Shown here: positions 16,422 to 30,412 of the stretch, in pieces | Layout of the letters: every line of letters begins with the position of its first letter | Numbering within the stretch: position 1 is the stretch's first letter | Origin: Octopus vulgaris | Lineage: Eukaryota | Reading direction: 5' to 3' | Length of the DNA stretch: 64,000 bases | Assembly: GCA_951406725.2 (NCBI GenBank) | Contig: OX597832.1 | Coordinates: 1,736,001-1,800,000, forward strand | Program-made: the position numbers and the translations under genes | The notes under the pieces: generated by a model | Told to the model about the DNA's origin: nothing | The model's input: the letters and a program-made list of their open reading frames with translations, nothing else | Database searches by the model: none

Positions 16422-16949
16422 TTGTGAAATCCTGACACCTTGTGAGATAGGAAGTGAACTGCCCTAAACCTTATAAAGGCGCATGCATACAGACAATGCC
16501 AAGTACACCACGCTGTTTTTCTTTTCGGGAGAGTTGATACAACTGATAGAAAAATGTGGATAGGACGTATTAAAAGGACTCTCAAGATAAAAGGAAGTAA
16601 GTGATGCTTGTGATGTGGCAAGCAGCACATCTCCATTTCTCATTTTCAGTATATCATATTTTAAATTTCATTTTTGTGTTATGCGTCCCCACATTTAATT
16701 GTATTGTCCCCTCTTTGTTGGCCCCTTGTGGATAATTAAAAATCAGCTGTTTTTCTGTTGCGTTAAATCATTATTGATCCCTGTAAGTAGTTGAAGGTCT
16801 CCCGTATGGGTGAACCTATTTCTGGAATTGTTAATTTAATATTGCTGTGTTTAGCCTACGTGCGTGTGATTTTGTATTTGTTTTGTTCCCCATTTATGGG
16901 TGAAGTGGAGAAAAAAAGAAGACCAGTTCCAGCATAGGCTAGCAGTTAT

Positions 16950-17720
16950 GCTTCAGCCACTGGAAGCGGTTTAACTACTGATGTGTTAGGGGTTCGAGGA
17001 GTGAAGATTGAGCCAAAGAATCTAAAAGACTACAATGGGCTAATTGAGAAGGAAGGAACCAGTTGAAGGCTGGCCCCGCCGGAATATTTAACGGCCAGCG
17101 TAACAAAGCGAACAGTTGTCTACAGAACACTGTCCACGTCAACTAAAAATCGAAATAGCCACAGCGGAAGCCATAGAAGAGCGTTTGAAGGAAATAAAAA
17201 GCCTCACAACATTCTACTCGAAAGGAAGGAAATACGGCACAGTGGAGGTGAGGTTCGCGAACGAACAGGAAGCGATAAATCACTCCACTGTGATGCTAAG
17301 GACGCAAGAGTGGGTACTTCTGCCAACTTACTGTGGCAAAAGAGTGGCTAGGGGAGGAATAGGCAGAATATCACCGGAGATTAAAGAGGCGTGGCTGGTG
17401 GCAGCCATTATGCATAATATGGAGGAAGACGCAAAAACCTTAAAAGTAAGGAAAAAGTAAACTGCTAGGGATATGGCCTTGAAATGGCCATCCAAGTCAG
17501 TCTAAAAGACTTACACGAAATAGCGGAAGAAGTGGTATTGCCGGACTACGTGAGATTGAGAGTAGTGGTGGAGGGAAGACCACCAACCTGTTATCAATGT
17601 AGCGAGACGGGACACTTCAGAGCAAGGTATCCCCAGAAAGATAATGAAAGTGAAGAAGAGCAACAGCAGTAGAGTACCGAACAGGAACAGAGTGCCGAAC
17701 TGGCAGTACTAGAAATTGAG
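16950..17720 (+). pseudogene. Non-LTR (L1/Tx1-like) ORF1/gag remnant
   Basis: RRM-like YGTVEVRFANEQEA, then VVVEGRPPTCYQCSETGHFRARYP (degenerate CCHC knuckle); in-frame stops. Confidence 0.6.
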
Positions 17721-18540
17721 GAGGACACGGAGGAAGGTTCGATGAACAAAGATTTAGAACCATTCATGAACTTCTAAAAAGTAAGACGTTAAAATTTAAT
17801 TGACTATAAATACGATGCTAAAAAATAAAAAGGGGAAAAGAGAAAGAAAAATGAATAAAAACTGTGTTAAAACATTTAAATGGTACTGCTTAAAGAGTGG
17901 GGCTCAATGCAGCCATTTCATCCTCATTATTATTATTCATTCATCCCGCATGCATTCCTTTTATGTTTTTGTCTCCACTGTGGTGTTCTGTCTGTCGTTG
18001 TGATGTCCCCTCTGTGCCATGGCCTATGTGCCAAATAAAAGAGATAGTACAGTGTGGTGTGTGCAGTCGCATTTGTGAAGGCAATCGCAGAAGTGGTTGA
18101 GAAGAGATATAAGTTTGCTACCTGTTTGTTACTGATTTATTTTTTGTATATCATAACACTGTTAAGTGTAGTCTATATCCAAACTGAAAGATATACTAAA
18201 TAATAATAATGATGATGATGATGATTTCATTTTGTTTGCCACAAGGGCGAAGGATGAGGGAGACAATACAAAGACAGACGTAAAGTGGGGAGGTTTACGT
18301 ATAATGAAATGATTTAAAAAATGTCATTCAAGCTTAACTTGGTTACAGAAATAAGAGGTCGCTGATCTTTTCCTTTTGATGGACGGAATTTCTAGTTAAC
18401 TAAACAATTTGAAACTTCGTATACTGGTAGAATGTGTCAAAAGAAAACATTAATTTTACTTGGCTTTTTTGAGAAAATTGTAATTTGTAAGTTTTACGTA
18501 GTTTAATTCTTCGAATTTTAACCAATCGTATTCTCTCTTT

Positions 18541-20470
18541 ACGCATGTCCTCGGCATTCATGGCCCATGTTTCACTACCGTATAGCATGGCAGTTCACAC
18601 ACATGCATCATACAGTCTATCTTTCCCCCTGAGAGGCCATTAGCTGCCAGCAGAGGTAGGACCTCCCTGAATTTGCTCAGGCTATTATTACTTTAGTTGC
18701 TACACTCGCAGAGCAATCACTCCCACTACATACTTGGTCGCCTAGGTAGTAGAAAGTATTTACTACTTCTAGTTTCTTCCCCAGGCATGTAATGGAAGCT
18801 GTTTTCTGAACACCTTCAGTGTTTATTGCCCCACTGCATCTGCCACTATGTGTCCATAGCTTACACCGGGTGCATCGTATGGAGTTTCTACCTATGCCTT
18901 TTCTACAGAGGTGTTTGTGATTTGACAGCCAAATCTAACTAAACCTTTGGTTTTGGCTAGGTTAACCCTAAGGCCATTCAATTCTAGACTTTGCTTCCAC
19001 GCCCTAACATTGGCTCCAGTTCCGGCAGTGACTCTGCTATTAGTGCAAGGTCATCAGCATAGAGGAGCTCCCAGGGGCAGCCTGTCTTGAATTCCTCTGT
19101 TATTGCCTGGAGGACTATAATGAATAAGAGGGGGCTGAGGACTGATCTTAGGTTGACCCTAACCCCTACTCGATATTCTTCACTGTACTCGTTGCCAACC
19201 CTCACCTTACTGTACTTGGCTTGTACAGCTCTCAATAAACATTCATCCATCCCTAGTCTCCTCATTGACCACCAGATAGGGGATTGGGGGACCCTGTCAA
19301 TGAAAACCAGATACAGAGTTTTATCTTAGACTAGCTATTTCTCCTGCATCTGTCTTATCAGAAATATAGCATCAGTGGTGCTTTCCCCTGGCACGAACCG
19401 AAACTGCATCTCATCTAGACTGCCTCTCTCCCTAATTACTTGGGCTATGACCCTCTCCGTGACCTTTATTACCTGATCCAACAACTTGATACCTCTGTAA
19501 TTATTTGTATCTAATGCGTCACCTTTACCTTTGTTAGCAGTTGACTATGGTGCTGCTACACCAGTCACTGGGTATGACTCCTTCATGTATCACCTGGTTG
19601 ACTAGGCTATAGCCGACACTGCCAGATATTTTGAGCATCTCTGTGGTGATTCCTGATTGTCCGGGGGCTTTCCCTGTCTTCATACCCTTAATTGCTTTAC
19701 CTACCAAGGCACTGTCAATTTAGATAGATAGCTGGTCCCTCTGCTGGGCCGGCATTCGGCAGACTCTCTTTCTCACATTCATTCACTTTATTTAGCAAAC
19801 TTTCATAATGGCGTCTCCAAACCTGTTTCTTAGCAGCTTCGTTTAAAGCAAGTGAACCATCACCCATGCGGACACATTTCTCTCCTAGGACATCGCGATT
19901 CTCTCTCACACACTGTCTGGCAACAGAAAAATACTTCAAGTCTTTGGTCATCACGGCGCAGAACATTGGCAAATTTTTCCTTATCTGCTTCCCCTCTGGC
20001 CAAATAAACCTATCTCCTAGCTTCCCTTTTGGTAGTCTGATACAATTCCCTGCTATCACCGGTCTTCCAGTCCTTCAAACCCTGTTTCTTTTCCTTACTA
20101 GCCCTGTCAACAACATTGTTCCACCACCACGTTACCTTGGGTTGAGAGGAGACTTTGCACCATCCACAGATCTGGTCACTAGCCCTCAAAAGGTTGTCCT
20201 GTAGAAGCCTCCAGTTGTCTTCCACAGCTTTGAGTAATATGTCTCTCAATCTCTTTTTGCAGGATCCTTAAGCTTCCAGACTATTCTGGTCTTCTTCTGG
20301 GCATCCATTTAGCCCTGATCCTGAAGTCGCTAACTACTAATCTATGTTGTGGGGTACATTCTTCACCTGGGAAGGTTTGGGCATTTACAAGTAGTCGTTT
20401 TTCCTGTTTTCTAGTGAGGATGTAGTCAATTTGACTAGTGTGTCTACCAGATTGGTAGGTGACTAAATGG
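18541..20470 (-). mobile_element. Decayed RTE-clade LINE
   Basis: Fragments SQIDYILTRK (endonuclease end), KVTWWWN, SVLSPLLFIIV, CPWELLYADDLALIAES, MLYGSETWAM; many frameshifts. Confidence 0.85.
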
Positions 20471-20714
20471 TCCTGAATATGCTAATCGATTACCATTTAG
20501 TAATTATGATACTTCTACAATTGAAGATAATTTTAATAAATAATGAATTTATGTATTGTGGCATCTGATACTTGTCAATTGTCTACATTGTTCACATAAA
20601 TGCCAGTACCAGGCAGAGGTGGTTTCCAGCAGTAAGAGAAGCTTAAGAATAAATAAATGGAAATTTGTCGGCAGAACAAAGTTAGCAGCCTTAAGTTACC
20701 TCTTACACTCTCAG

Positions 20715-20985
20715 TGTTGTGATGAGAGTCAAGGTACCCTCTTGTGAGGAATGGACTGAACCGAGAGAGTGTATGTAGTTTGTGTTATTTCATAGTGAAA
20801 TTCGAGAGTGTGGGTTGATTTGTTCATTTGGAATATTTGTAGGTTCTTGAGAGATAGTTACGTTGTTATTGCTGCTGCATTATCTTATTTTATCACACTG
20901 GTACCACATATTTTAGGCCATTATCCCAATAGTGGTGGTACTACTATACTGGATACAAACCATGTTACAGTATCTGGCGACAAAA
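20715..20985 (+). mobile_element. Putative LTR followed by a primer-binding site
   Basis: TGTTGT...GTTACA (20715-20969), then TGGCGACAA, the same PBS-like motif that precedes the Gypsy gag at 27061. Confidence 0.5.
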
Positions 20986-22477
20986 GGCTCGGAGATCACG
21001 TAGCGTGTAATTCACCTGCAAACTAAGCATTAAATTCTTTCTTACCAGATTGTCAGCCTTCTGAAATTCCCTTGTCCATGTTATTTCCTCTGCAACCATC
21101 CACACATTTTATTCAAGATCAACTACGTCAATCTTACCAGTTTTGAAGGCACAGCTCTTGCCTTTTGTCTCAGAAGGAATGCAAAAGGCAAGGATACAGC
21201 CCCCTTTATCCAGCCAAATTGTTCAAATAAAACATGGGAAAAAACCCCAAACACCCACTACTATTCCTGTGAATTAGTAAGCTGTATACTATATCAAACT
21301 GAGCCCACATCATCATCTTTAACATGTCTCACAGCTAGAACCTTTTACTAAATATTTTATCCAATCATTTATCTCCAGAATGGCAGCTTCTACATGGAAT
21401 CACATTCTCATCAGACATTAATTTACACAAGTTGAAAAAAGACATCATCTACATTCACATTAACAGTTTAGGAAAGCCTACAGGTGTTCTCTTGCTCGCA
21501 CTTTATATTAGTACAAATAAGAATTTCTAACAAAGGTACATAGCCAAAACTTTTATAGGAGGAAATAATGTCAACTATATTGACCCACTCCTTATCTAGT
21601 GTTTTATTTCATTGCTCACAGAAACAGAGAAATGTGAAGTGTGTTGACAATGCTAACTAACCCTTTCATGACTTAAATTCTGATAGGTAAACTGTTTCAT
21701 TAAATCTCTAGTGCCAGTTTAGCATACAGTAAACGTGGCCATTTACAATTTAGTATGCCATCTGATGCCAATTCTAGACCATTGCTCTAACCCTAACATA
21801 AACCATAACAAGGCATGCACAAACGAATTTTACGTATCCCTAATATAAACCATAACTAGGCATGCACAAACGAATTTTACGCAACAAGTAAACAAGTAAA
21901 TACAAACAAAACGAATAATAATTTTATACAAAACGAATAACTTAAAAATTCTATAAAGCAATGCAAACAATGGAAAATAATTTAAACACTAATTTTATAT
22001 ATACTCAGGCTTTCCAAACGAATTTAGTTGTTTAGGATCTCAAGCTTGTCAAACGAATTTAGCTGTCTACGTAACTACGTCACAAAATAGCTGTTTACGT
22101 CACAGTAACAGTATGTTTAGACGCAGCAAATGATTTCAGCTCAAAAGAGAGAATACGATTGGTTAAAATTCGAAGAATTAAACTACGTAAAACTTACAAA
22201 TTACAATTTTCTCAAAAAAGCCAAGTGAAATTAATGTTTTCGTTTGACACATTCTACCAGTATACGAAGTTTCAAATTGTTTAGTTAACTAGAAATTCCG
22301 TCCATCAAAAGGTCGCCCCTTCCAGGATAAAATCGACGATCATCTGAACGTGATTTTCATTTATTTTATTTCACACTGATTTCTAACACCTGTGGATCTT
22401 AAATACCATAGATTTTTGTTTAAAAAATCTATGACTTTCCTGCTGAATCTATTTAACTGACTTATTGGCATTATTTT

Positions 22478-22664
22478 TCGTGGCTGTGTAGTAAGACGTT
22501 TGTTTCTCAACCACATACTTTCAGGTTCAGTCCCACAGCGTGACACTTTGAGCAAGTGACTACTACTATAGTCCCCTGCCGACAAAGGCCTTGTGAGTGG
22601 GTCTGGTGTAGACTGAAAAAGCCCTTTGCATGTGTTTTGTGTGTGTGTATGTATGTATGTGTGT

Positions 22665-22722
<58 letters not shown>

Positions 22723-22895
22723 CTTTGTGTGTGTTTGCCCACCCACCACCACCGCAAGACAACTGGTGTAGGCTTGTTTCTGGCCCTGTAACTTAGCAGT
22801 TCGGCAATAAGAAACTGAAAGAATAACTTATCAAGGCAGTGCTCCCACATGGCCGCAGTTCAATGATTGAAACAAATAAAAAATAAAAGATAAAT
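22478..22895 (+). mobile_element. SINE family A with central (TG)n
   Basis: Homologous to 13063-13325; 3' half matches the reverse complement of 150-315. Confidence 0.7.
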
Positions 22896-23989
22896 AAGCT
22901 TAGATGTTTCCGTCTATATTTTCTTTACTTATTAGGCTGAAAGTCTCGTGCATTCGTGGGTGAAAATGTTGGGATGTTTGACTTCATATTTTTTCCGAAC
23001 GACATCAGTGACTCTACGAAAGTAAAAGGATTCGAAACATTGATATCTAAGTAACTAAATAGTATAGAGTTTAGTTCTTCTTTTATATGTGAATTTAAAT
23101 AGTATATTCGATTATCTATTTTAGAAAGCTAATTCTGAATATCCCCTCAACTTTTATACAAGTTCTCCCAGTTTTCTGCTTCAAAAGTAAATGGAATGCC
23201 AATTCTTATTGAAACAATGTGGTAAAAATAATAAAGTGGCAGAAATGAAAGAGTAGTAGGCTTAAATAACATATAGCTGTTGTTTGTTCTTATATATTTC
23301 TGATTCAGATCCATCTGAGAAGCAATTTTACTTTTCATCCAGTAACGAGGCATGCCGTGATATCAACTTCAATTGACTTTCAAAATAAATCACCTTAAGC
23401 TAATGTAAAAAATTGGTTTAAGATGTCTAAAGTACTCGGATAAAGAATTTTTAATTCTCAAAATGGCTGAATTGTGTTCAACGTGAATAATTCACAGTAA
23501 AATTCATTAATAATTCATGGCATCTGCGATGACAGCTATGATACAACAGTCACTTTTACCATTATGTTCTTTGTATCAAAATGATACGTTTCAGTTCACA
23601 AGAAATGGATTTTCGACAACATATTAATTTTTGTACAATTTTACAAAATGCATTTAGTCATTCATATATTGTATGCATTATGATAATGTTATTTTGTATT
23701 TCCATCTCCAGAAATTTTCGAAGACGTCCCGATCAAATAATGGTCGTAAATTTTCAAAGTCACTGTGACAGCTTTCAACCTATGCTTCGGATTCAATTTC
23801 TATTGCTTTAATAATTTATTTGGGCATTTTCGTCAGTTAAATGGCTCAACAGCAAAGCATCAACTTGTTTCTTTCACTGACATTTTACTCAGACATAATT
23901 TCCGGAGTTAACTTGCTCATTATATCTTAATTTACTTCTAATGCTGCTATTAATGTACTGTCAAGACGTAGAAAGAAATGTATTCAAAA

Positions 23990-24416
23990 ATGCTTAGCGG
24001 TATTTCGTCAGCCGCTACGTTCTGAGTTCAAATTCCGCAGAGGTTGACTTTGCCTTTCATCCTTTCGGGGAGCGATTAAATAAGTACCAGTTACGCACTG
24101 GGGTCGATGTAATCGACTTAATCCGTTTGTCTGTCCTTGTTTGTTCCCCTCTATGTTTAGCCCCTTGTGGGTAGTAAAGAAATAGGTATTTCGTCTGCCG
24201 CTACGTTCTGAGTTCAAATTCCGCCGAGGTCGACTTTGCCTTTCATTCTTTTAGGGGTCGATAAATTAAGGACCAGTTACGCACTGGGGGTGATATAATC
24301 GATTTAATCCGTTTGTCTATCCTTGTTTGTCCTCTCTGTGTTTAGCCCCTTGTGGGTAGTAAAGAAATAGGTATTTCGTGTGCCACTACGTTCTGAGTTC
24401 AAATTCCGCCGAGGTC
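23990..24416 (+). mobile_element. SINE family B, tandem array of about 2.3 units of about 190 bp
   Basis: GGTATTTCGT..CTACGTTCTGAGTTCAAATTCCGC occurs three times. Confidence 0.8.
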
Positions 24417-24674
24417 GTCACTCATCAACTGGTTCAGGAGCATCCGGCAGTGCAGATGTATTTCGTCGGATGATAAATAGATACAACTCGTTAATATAAC
24501 AGTTCCGCAATATAACTTCTCGCTTTGTAAAAAGAAAGACAGCCAGACGCAGAAAATATCTTCATTTATATAGAAGTTTAAAGATAAAATCACAGATGGA
24601 TTGGGACAAGCAGTTGGATTATTATGTCGCGTGAATCTATGGGTTTTCGTTGCCTATATTCTCTGAGGGAGTTC

Positions 24675-25400
24675 TCAAACCGGGACGTTGTGTTGGTGTA
24701 CAATGCGTATTACAATTGGAGGAATTACTAGTGTTGTGTATATGCCTGCTTCTTGTATATATTGAATGTTTTCACGGTACCCAGCCCTAGCTAGAGCAAC
24801 ATTATAATAAGTTGTGCGTGATTCAAACATTTTATTATTAGTGGATAATCTAGAAATTCGTGTAGAAATATTATTAACTAATACCCGTATTATCGAGGGT
24901 GGATGGTTGGATGATACGTTAATGTACTTAATATGATCATTTGGCTTACGAAATGGATAAAATAATCCAGTAACAAGACAGAAACTAGCATCAAGAGAAT
25001 TCACTCTACGATAATCTTTACCCATAGTAATATTTAGTCCCATATCTTAAAAAAAAAACTGAAGAAATTTTTCCTATGCCTTTCTAATTGTACTTTGCTG
25101 CTTCAATCAAGAAAAAAATAAGGCGTCATCCCTATATCGACCCTCTGTTACTTCCGGAAAGGAAGACTGGATTAATGAAAGGATATATATTCCAACCAGG
25201 TCACTGGCCTGAGCAGAATCATATGAGCCCATTACTATATCAAGTGCGTTCTCCTTATCTAATCTACTACATAATCTACCATCAAAATCAATTAGAGTGG
25301 CTCGCGCGGCAAGCGTAATATCTACTTCGCGTCGGGACAATTCGGAACGTTTCATGCTATAAATCAGTGCTTGATTGAGAACGATCGGGTTAATAGTGGC
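24675..25400 (-). pseudogene. Penelope-like reverse transcriptase fragment
   Basis: MGSYDSAQASDLVGIYIL, RYRDDAL, VNSLDA, YPFRKPNDHIKYINVSSNHPPSI; frameshifted. Confidence 0.8.
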
Positions 25401-26192
25401 ATAATAGCCCTCTATATCTATCTAGCCATCCATCCATCAATCTAGAAATATATATATAAATACTTCCTGGGTATAACTTAAAACTGCATCTAGTAATGGG
25501 ACTGTGGTTGAGATTTCCGCTATTTTGAAGAACCACCTCTTAGTCACTACTGTTCCCAGTCTATTCTGACCAAATGTACGAGCACCAGTCAGAGTCCCAG
25601 CTATGGGTTGACTAGCATGTGTGATGACAATCAATATGAGCGTATGGACGAAGAAATACCCATGGTTGGTATCAGCGCGCACAGTAAAACCACCGAGAAT
25701 GAGGGATCCCTAGCTGACGTACAAGCATTCTTCCAGGAGAAAAATATTTTGCTGTAAAACCTACAATGTCACGCTTCGGCCTGTCACTAGGTATTTAACT
25801 ACAGCAACTTAGAGAGTGATACTCGTGTCGTACAAGCTTTTATCACTATAATTCAATGGCGTACAGATATCGCTTTATGTTGATTTCATTTGTCATTCCA
25901 TCTACTGGAAGTCCTATGGTGATGGAAGAGTGTCATGTGCTGAGCTAACCAGTTAGAAAAGCACAATTAGTTACAAATTACACCTGTAATCTATGCTTCA
26001 ATCTATGCAGACTTGCAGCGGGAAGTCATGGACGGGAAGTCAACGAGGAAGCACAAAGAGACAACAATAATCCACTGTAAAGATGGAGCAGTCACCATAC
26101 ATACATTCACATACACACTCACACACACACACCACACACACATACATGTATTTTCATATATCAACATATGCATAAATACATGTATATATAAG

Positions 26193-26320
<128 letters not shown>

Positions 26321-26391
26321 CAGTACTATATTTAAGAATTAGGTACATTATTTACATTTGACGGATATTTGTCCTCATCTTGTTCGTTGTT

Positions 26392-26437
26392 AATACAACG
26401 TTTCGGCTGATATACCCTCCTGTCTTCATCAGGTGTC
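26392..26437 (-). ncRNA. Minimal hammerhead ribozyme motif in a short repeat (about 26338-26482)
   Basis: Minus strand gacac-CTGATGA-agacagg..tcagcc-GAAAC-GTT-gtatt, with palindromic AACGTT. Confidence 0.65.
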
Positions 26438-26497
26438 TTGGGGAAATTTCGAACCTGGCTTCTCATTCCTAAGGTATTTTCAATGTTGTTGTTATTA

Positions 26498-26536
<39 letters not shown>

Positions 26537-26836
26537 GAGGTGCAATGACTCAGTGGTTTGGGCAGCGGGCTCGCGGTCAGAGGATCGCGGTTTCGATTCC
26601 CAGACCGGGCGCTGTGTGTGTTTATTGAGCGAAAACACCTAAAGCTCCACGAGGCTCCGGCAGGGGGTTGTGGCGACCCCTGTTGTACTCTTTCTCTCAC
26701 TCTTTCTTCCTACTTCTTGAGTAATGTTGCGATGGACTGGCGTCCCGTCCAGCTGGGGAGAACACATACGCCATAGAAACCGGGAAACCGTGCCCATAAG
26801 CCTGGCTAGGCTTGAAAAGAGCGCATAAATAAATAA

Positions 26837-26838
<2 letters not shown>
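26537..26838 (+). mobile_element. tRNA-derived SINE family C inserted in (TTA)n
   Basis: tRNA-like head with B box GTTTCGATTCC; core GCGATGGACTGGCGTCCCGTCCAG..AGAAACCGGG; TAAA tail; (TTA)n on both sides. Confidence 0.7.
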
Positions 26839-26898
<60 letters not shown>

Positions 26899-26899
26899 C

Positions 26900-29195
26900 A
26901 TTTGAGTTAGTGTGTTGGAAATTGATAGTGAGTGCGTTGGGTAATAGTTACTGTCGCTGTTTCTATTTTGTATTGTTATAACACTGTTACAGTATATTCT
27001 TTATCTATTGTCGGCAATATCAACCGTACTACGATATTGAATGCTTAAAGATATTACGTCTGGCGACAAGGGTTTTTCGAAGCTCACGTAGGTTATTTGA
27101 CAATTTGTGCGTCATACAAATTGTTAAATTCTGGAGAACCTATTAACTGCAGTAATGCAGCTTCAAGAGAAGCAACAGGAACAACTACAGGAATTGCAGA
27201 AGCAAATTTTGCTGCAACAACAAAAATTGAGTTACAGACAAAGAAGTCCGAAAATTCAGTAAATTCGGTTACGCCAGACGGCGTGGCGAACTTGATTTCT
27301 GAATCCACTTCCAGAGGAGTGTATTACGTTTCGTGCATACTAAAGAAGATAAGTGGAAATTTTTAACAAAGATTGCAAGTCATTGTCGGATGAGGAGAAA
27401 GTGAGGCTCTTACTACGCAAGGTAGCTCCGGCCAAGCATGAACGCTACTGTATCTTTATATTTCCTAAAACGTCGAATGAAATGGGTTTCCAAGAAACTA
27501 TTGAATTACTATCAAAGATTTTTTTATGACAAAAGTTCGTTATTTAACACTCGAGTAGAGTCTTGAACCGTAACAAAAAATGACAATGATGACTTTATCA
27601 CATACGCCGTATGTGTGAAAACTTTAAACTTCATGAACTCACTCAGGATATGATTAAATCCCTTATCTTCGTACAAGGCCTTACGGCAACCGAAGATACA
27701 GAAATTCGGGCAAGGATTCTCTCAAAAATGGAGCAAGCGAACCAAGACTTAGCCCTACAGACTATTACAGAAGACTGTCAAACAATGGTAAACCTGAAAC
27801 ACAACGTAAAAAAATCAAGAGAAAGTTTTCGCAAAAATACAGATGTGTTGAAAGTACAACCAAAAAACAGTGCCAGGCCCCAATCTATACTACGGATGTG
27901 GAAGCCTACACTTCAGAAAAGAGTGTCCGTTTAAAAACCGAAAATGGTATAGTTGTCAGAAACTTGGTCACAAGAGTTCACACTCCAGGACAAAATTACG
28001 AGGGTCGAACGCCAAAAGTTATAAGGTGTTTTCAACCAAAAGTTTATACGACACAATAACAAGAAAATTCGGACACATAAAAATAAATGGTGTAAATGTT
28101 AAACTACAGTTGGATACGGGTTGTGATATTTCACTCGTAAGAAAAGTCGGGAAACCGAGGTTAGGTAAAACTGCGAAAATTGTGCATGGCGTGACGGGCA
28201 ATAAATTACATTTCGTGAGTGATGGCACATTTCGAGGAGAAACAAGCGAAGCAAAAATATTCATTGAGGAGAATACAATCAATCTGTTTGGTACATACTG
28301 GTTGGAGTTATTTGACTTATAGCACCTCCACATAAGTCTCAACTGCAAATACATAAATGGTTGTCCCGTTAAAAATAAATCGTCTGAGGAATTAAAGAGA
28401 AAATTGAAAAAGATATTTCCTGAAGTACTATCGGAGGACGTAGGTCTATGTAAAAAGATCGAAGCCGGCTTTCAAGTAAGTGAAAACGCTGTGCCTGTAT
28501 TTAAATCTAACAGAGAAGTACCGTTCGCAGTAATTGAAATCGTAAATGAAGAGTTGGACTGACTGGAAAAGAATGGACTCATCAAAAAGGTGCAAAAGAA
28601 AATGGGCGGTGCCTACGGTGTGCATTAAAAAGATAAATAAGATTAGCTTCTGTGCCGATTTCTCTACAGGATTGAACGACTGCTTAAAGACATGCCACCA
28701 TCCACTCCCGAATCGAGAGGACATTTTTTGAAAAATTAAATGGTGGAAAACTTTTTTCTTCAAATTGGATCTGTCTAACGCTTTTTTACAGATTAAAGTA
28801 AATAACAAATGTTCAAAGTAGCTATAGATACACATAGAGGAATGTACAGATATACCCGGTTACCTTTTGGATTAAATGTTGCGCCTGCAATATTTCAGCA
28901 AAACATAGACGCTATGTTATCTGATTGTGAATTTGCAATCCCTTCTTTGGACGATATATGAAGAGTAATTCGCATGTAGTGCATATAAAAGCTATGTTCA
29001 AGAAAATTAAATAGTATAGGTTCTCTTTGAGTGAAGGAAAATGCGAATTATTTTTGCCTCAAATACTTAGGGAAAATAATCGATAAAATAATCGATAAAA
29101 ATGGTAGACTGCCTGGCCCATCGCAGCCAGACGCAATGAACAATATACCTGCTCCGACAAATATACCAACATTACAAGCGTTTCTTGACCTGGCA
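26900..29195 (+). mobile_element. Decayed Ty3/Gypsy LTR retrotransposon, 3'-truncated
   Basis: PBS-like TGGCGAC at 27061; gag (LIFVQGL, two CCHC-like knuckles); protease LDTG; RT motifs FCADFSTGLND, KLDLSNAF, RLPFGLNVAPAIFQ, LDD. Confidence 0.9.
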
Positions 29196-29263
29196 AACTG
29201 TCTGTCTGTCCTGCCGCCTGGTCTGATAAGATTTTCAATTTTCCAATTTTCCTTTGCACCAGC

Positions 29264-29421
29264 TTACTACACTTGTCTGATAGTCAAAAGACCCTTTTTG
29301 TTACATTTTTTTGTAATTGTATACTTATTATCCTTTTGATGTATAACAAAAGGATAATAAGTATACAATTACAAAAAAATGTAACAAAAAGGGTCTTTTG
29401 ACTATCAGACAAGTGTAGTAA
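29264..29421. repeat. Perfect hairpin with 75-bp arms and an 8-nt spacer
   Basis: 29264-29338 is the reverse complement of 29347-29421. Confidence 0.92.
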
Positions 29422-29983
29422 ACCGAATGGCGTTTGTCTATTGTATATGTATTTCATAATGCAACGTTCGTCTGATATTCGAAAGACCCTTTTTGTTATT
29501 TACTTATTTGTATTTGTATATGTACCAAAACGTTATTTTTTTTTACTTTTATTCTATTGTACGTATATAATTCTAGCTTTCTCGTTTTTGTTTCCGTTCC
29601 TGTTTTCGTTCTTGTACACATTCGTTTGTCTTTCCCAGAGGCTTAATGCATTTAGCTTAAGTCCCTGGCCCCTCTGGATTCGGAGATAAGGGAACGAAAC
29701 TACAAGGACATTCCGGACACCTACTGATGAGGGAATAAGCAGGGAATGATCCGTGCATCTTGCTTTTGTCCTGTTTGCCGTTTGTCCTGCTAACATCAAT
29801 TTTCTCGCATGTTGTGTTTTGATGGTTTCCGTTTGTTGTATCCTTTCTGTTCTACCTTTGATTTATTCATGCGGCGATCTGTACAACCTGTTGCTTATAT
29901 ATATATATATATATACATATATATTTATATATATGTGCGTGTGTGTGTGTGTGTATGTATGTATATGTGTATATATGCATATA

Positions 29984-30036
<53 letters not shown>

Positions 30037-30073
30037 ATATATACATATATATGTATACATATATATACATATA

Positions 30074-30118
<45 letters not shown>

Positions 30119-30129
30119 TCTCTTTACTC

Positions 30130-30330
30130 TCTTTTACTCTTTTACTTGTTTCAGTCATTTGACTGAGGCCATGCTAGAGCACCACCTTTAGTCGAGCAAA
30201 TCAACCCCTGGACTTATTCTTTGTAAGCCCAGTACTTATTCTATCGGTCTCTTTTGCCGAACCGCTAAGTGACGGGGACGTAAACACACCAGCATCGGCT
30301 GTCAAGCAATGCTGGGGGGACAGACACACA
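30130..30330 (-). mobile_element. SINE family A, 3' half (5' half at 34012-34133)
   Basis: Homology to other copies; the two halves are in consistent order and orientation around a 3.6-kb insert. Confidence 0.7.
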
Positions 30331-30331
30331 A

Positions 30332-30412
<81 letters not shown>

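Larger units (their letters stand above)
18372..22312. mobile_element. Putative DNA transposon/foldback shell with 169-bp inverted arms (18372-18540, 22144-22312)
   Basis: Arms are nearly perfect reverse complements; tandem subrepeats of about 47 bp at 21790-21885; no TSD identified. Confidence 0.6.

Noticed and set aside
23990-24416. CRISPR-like array
   Set aside because: Whole units repeat with no unique spacers; eukaryotic SINE context and no cas genes.
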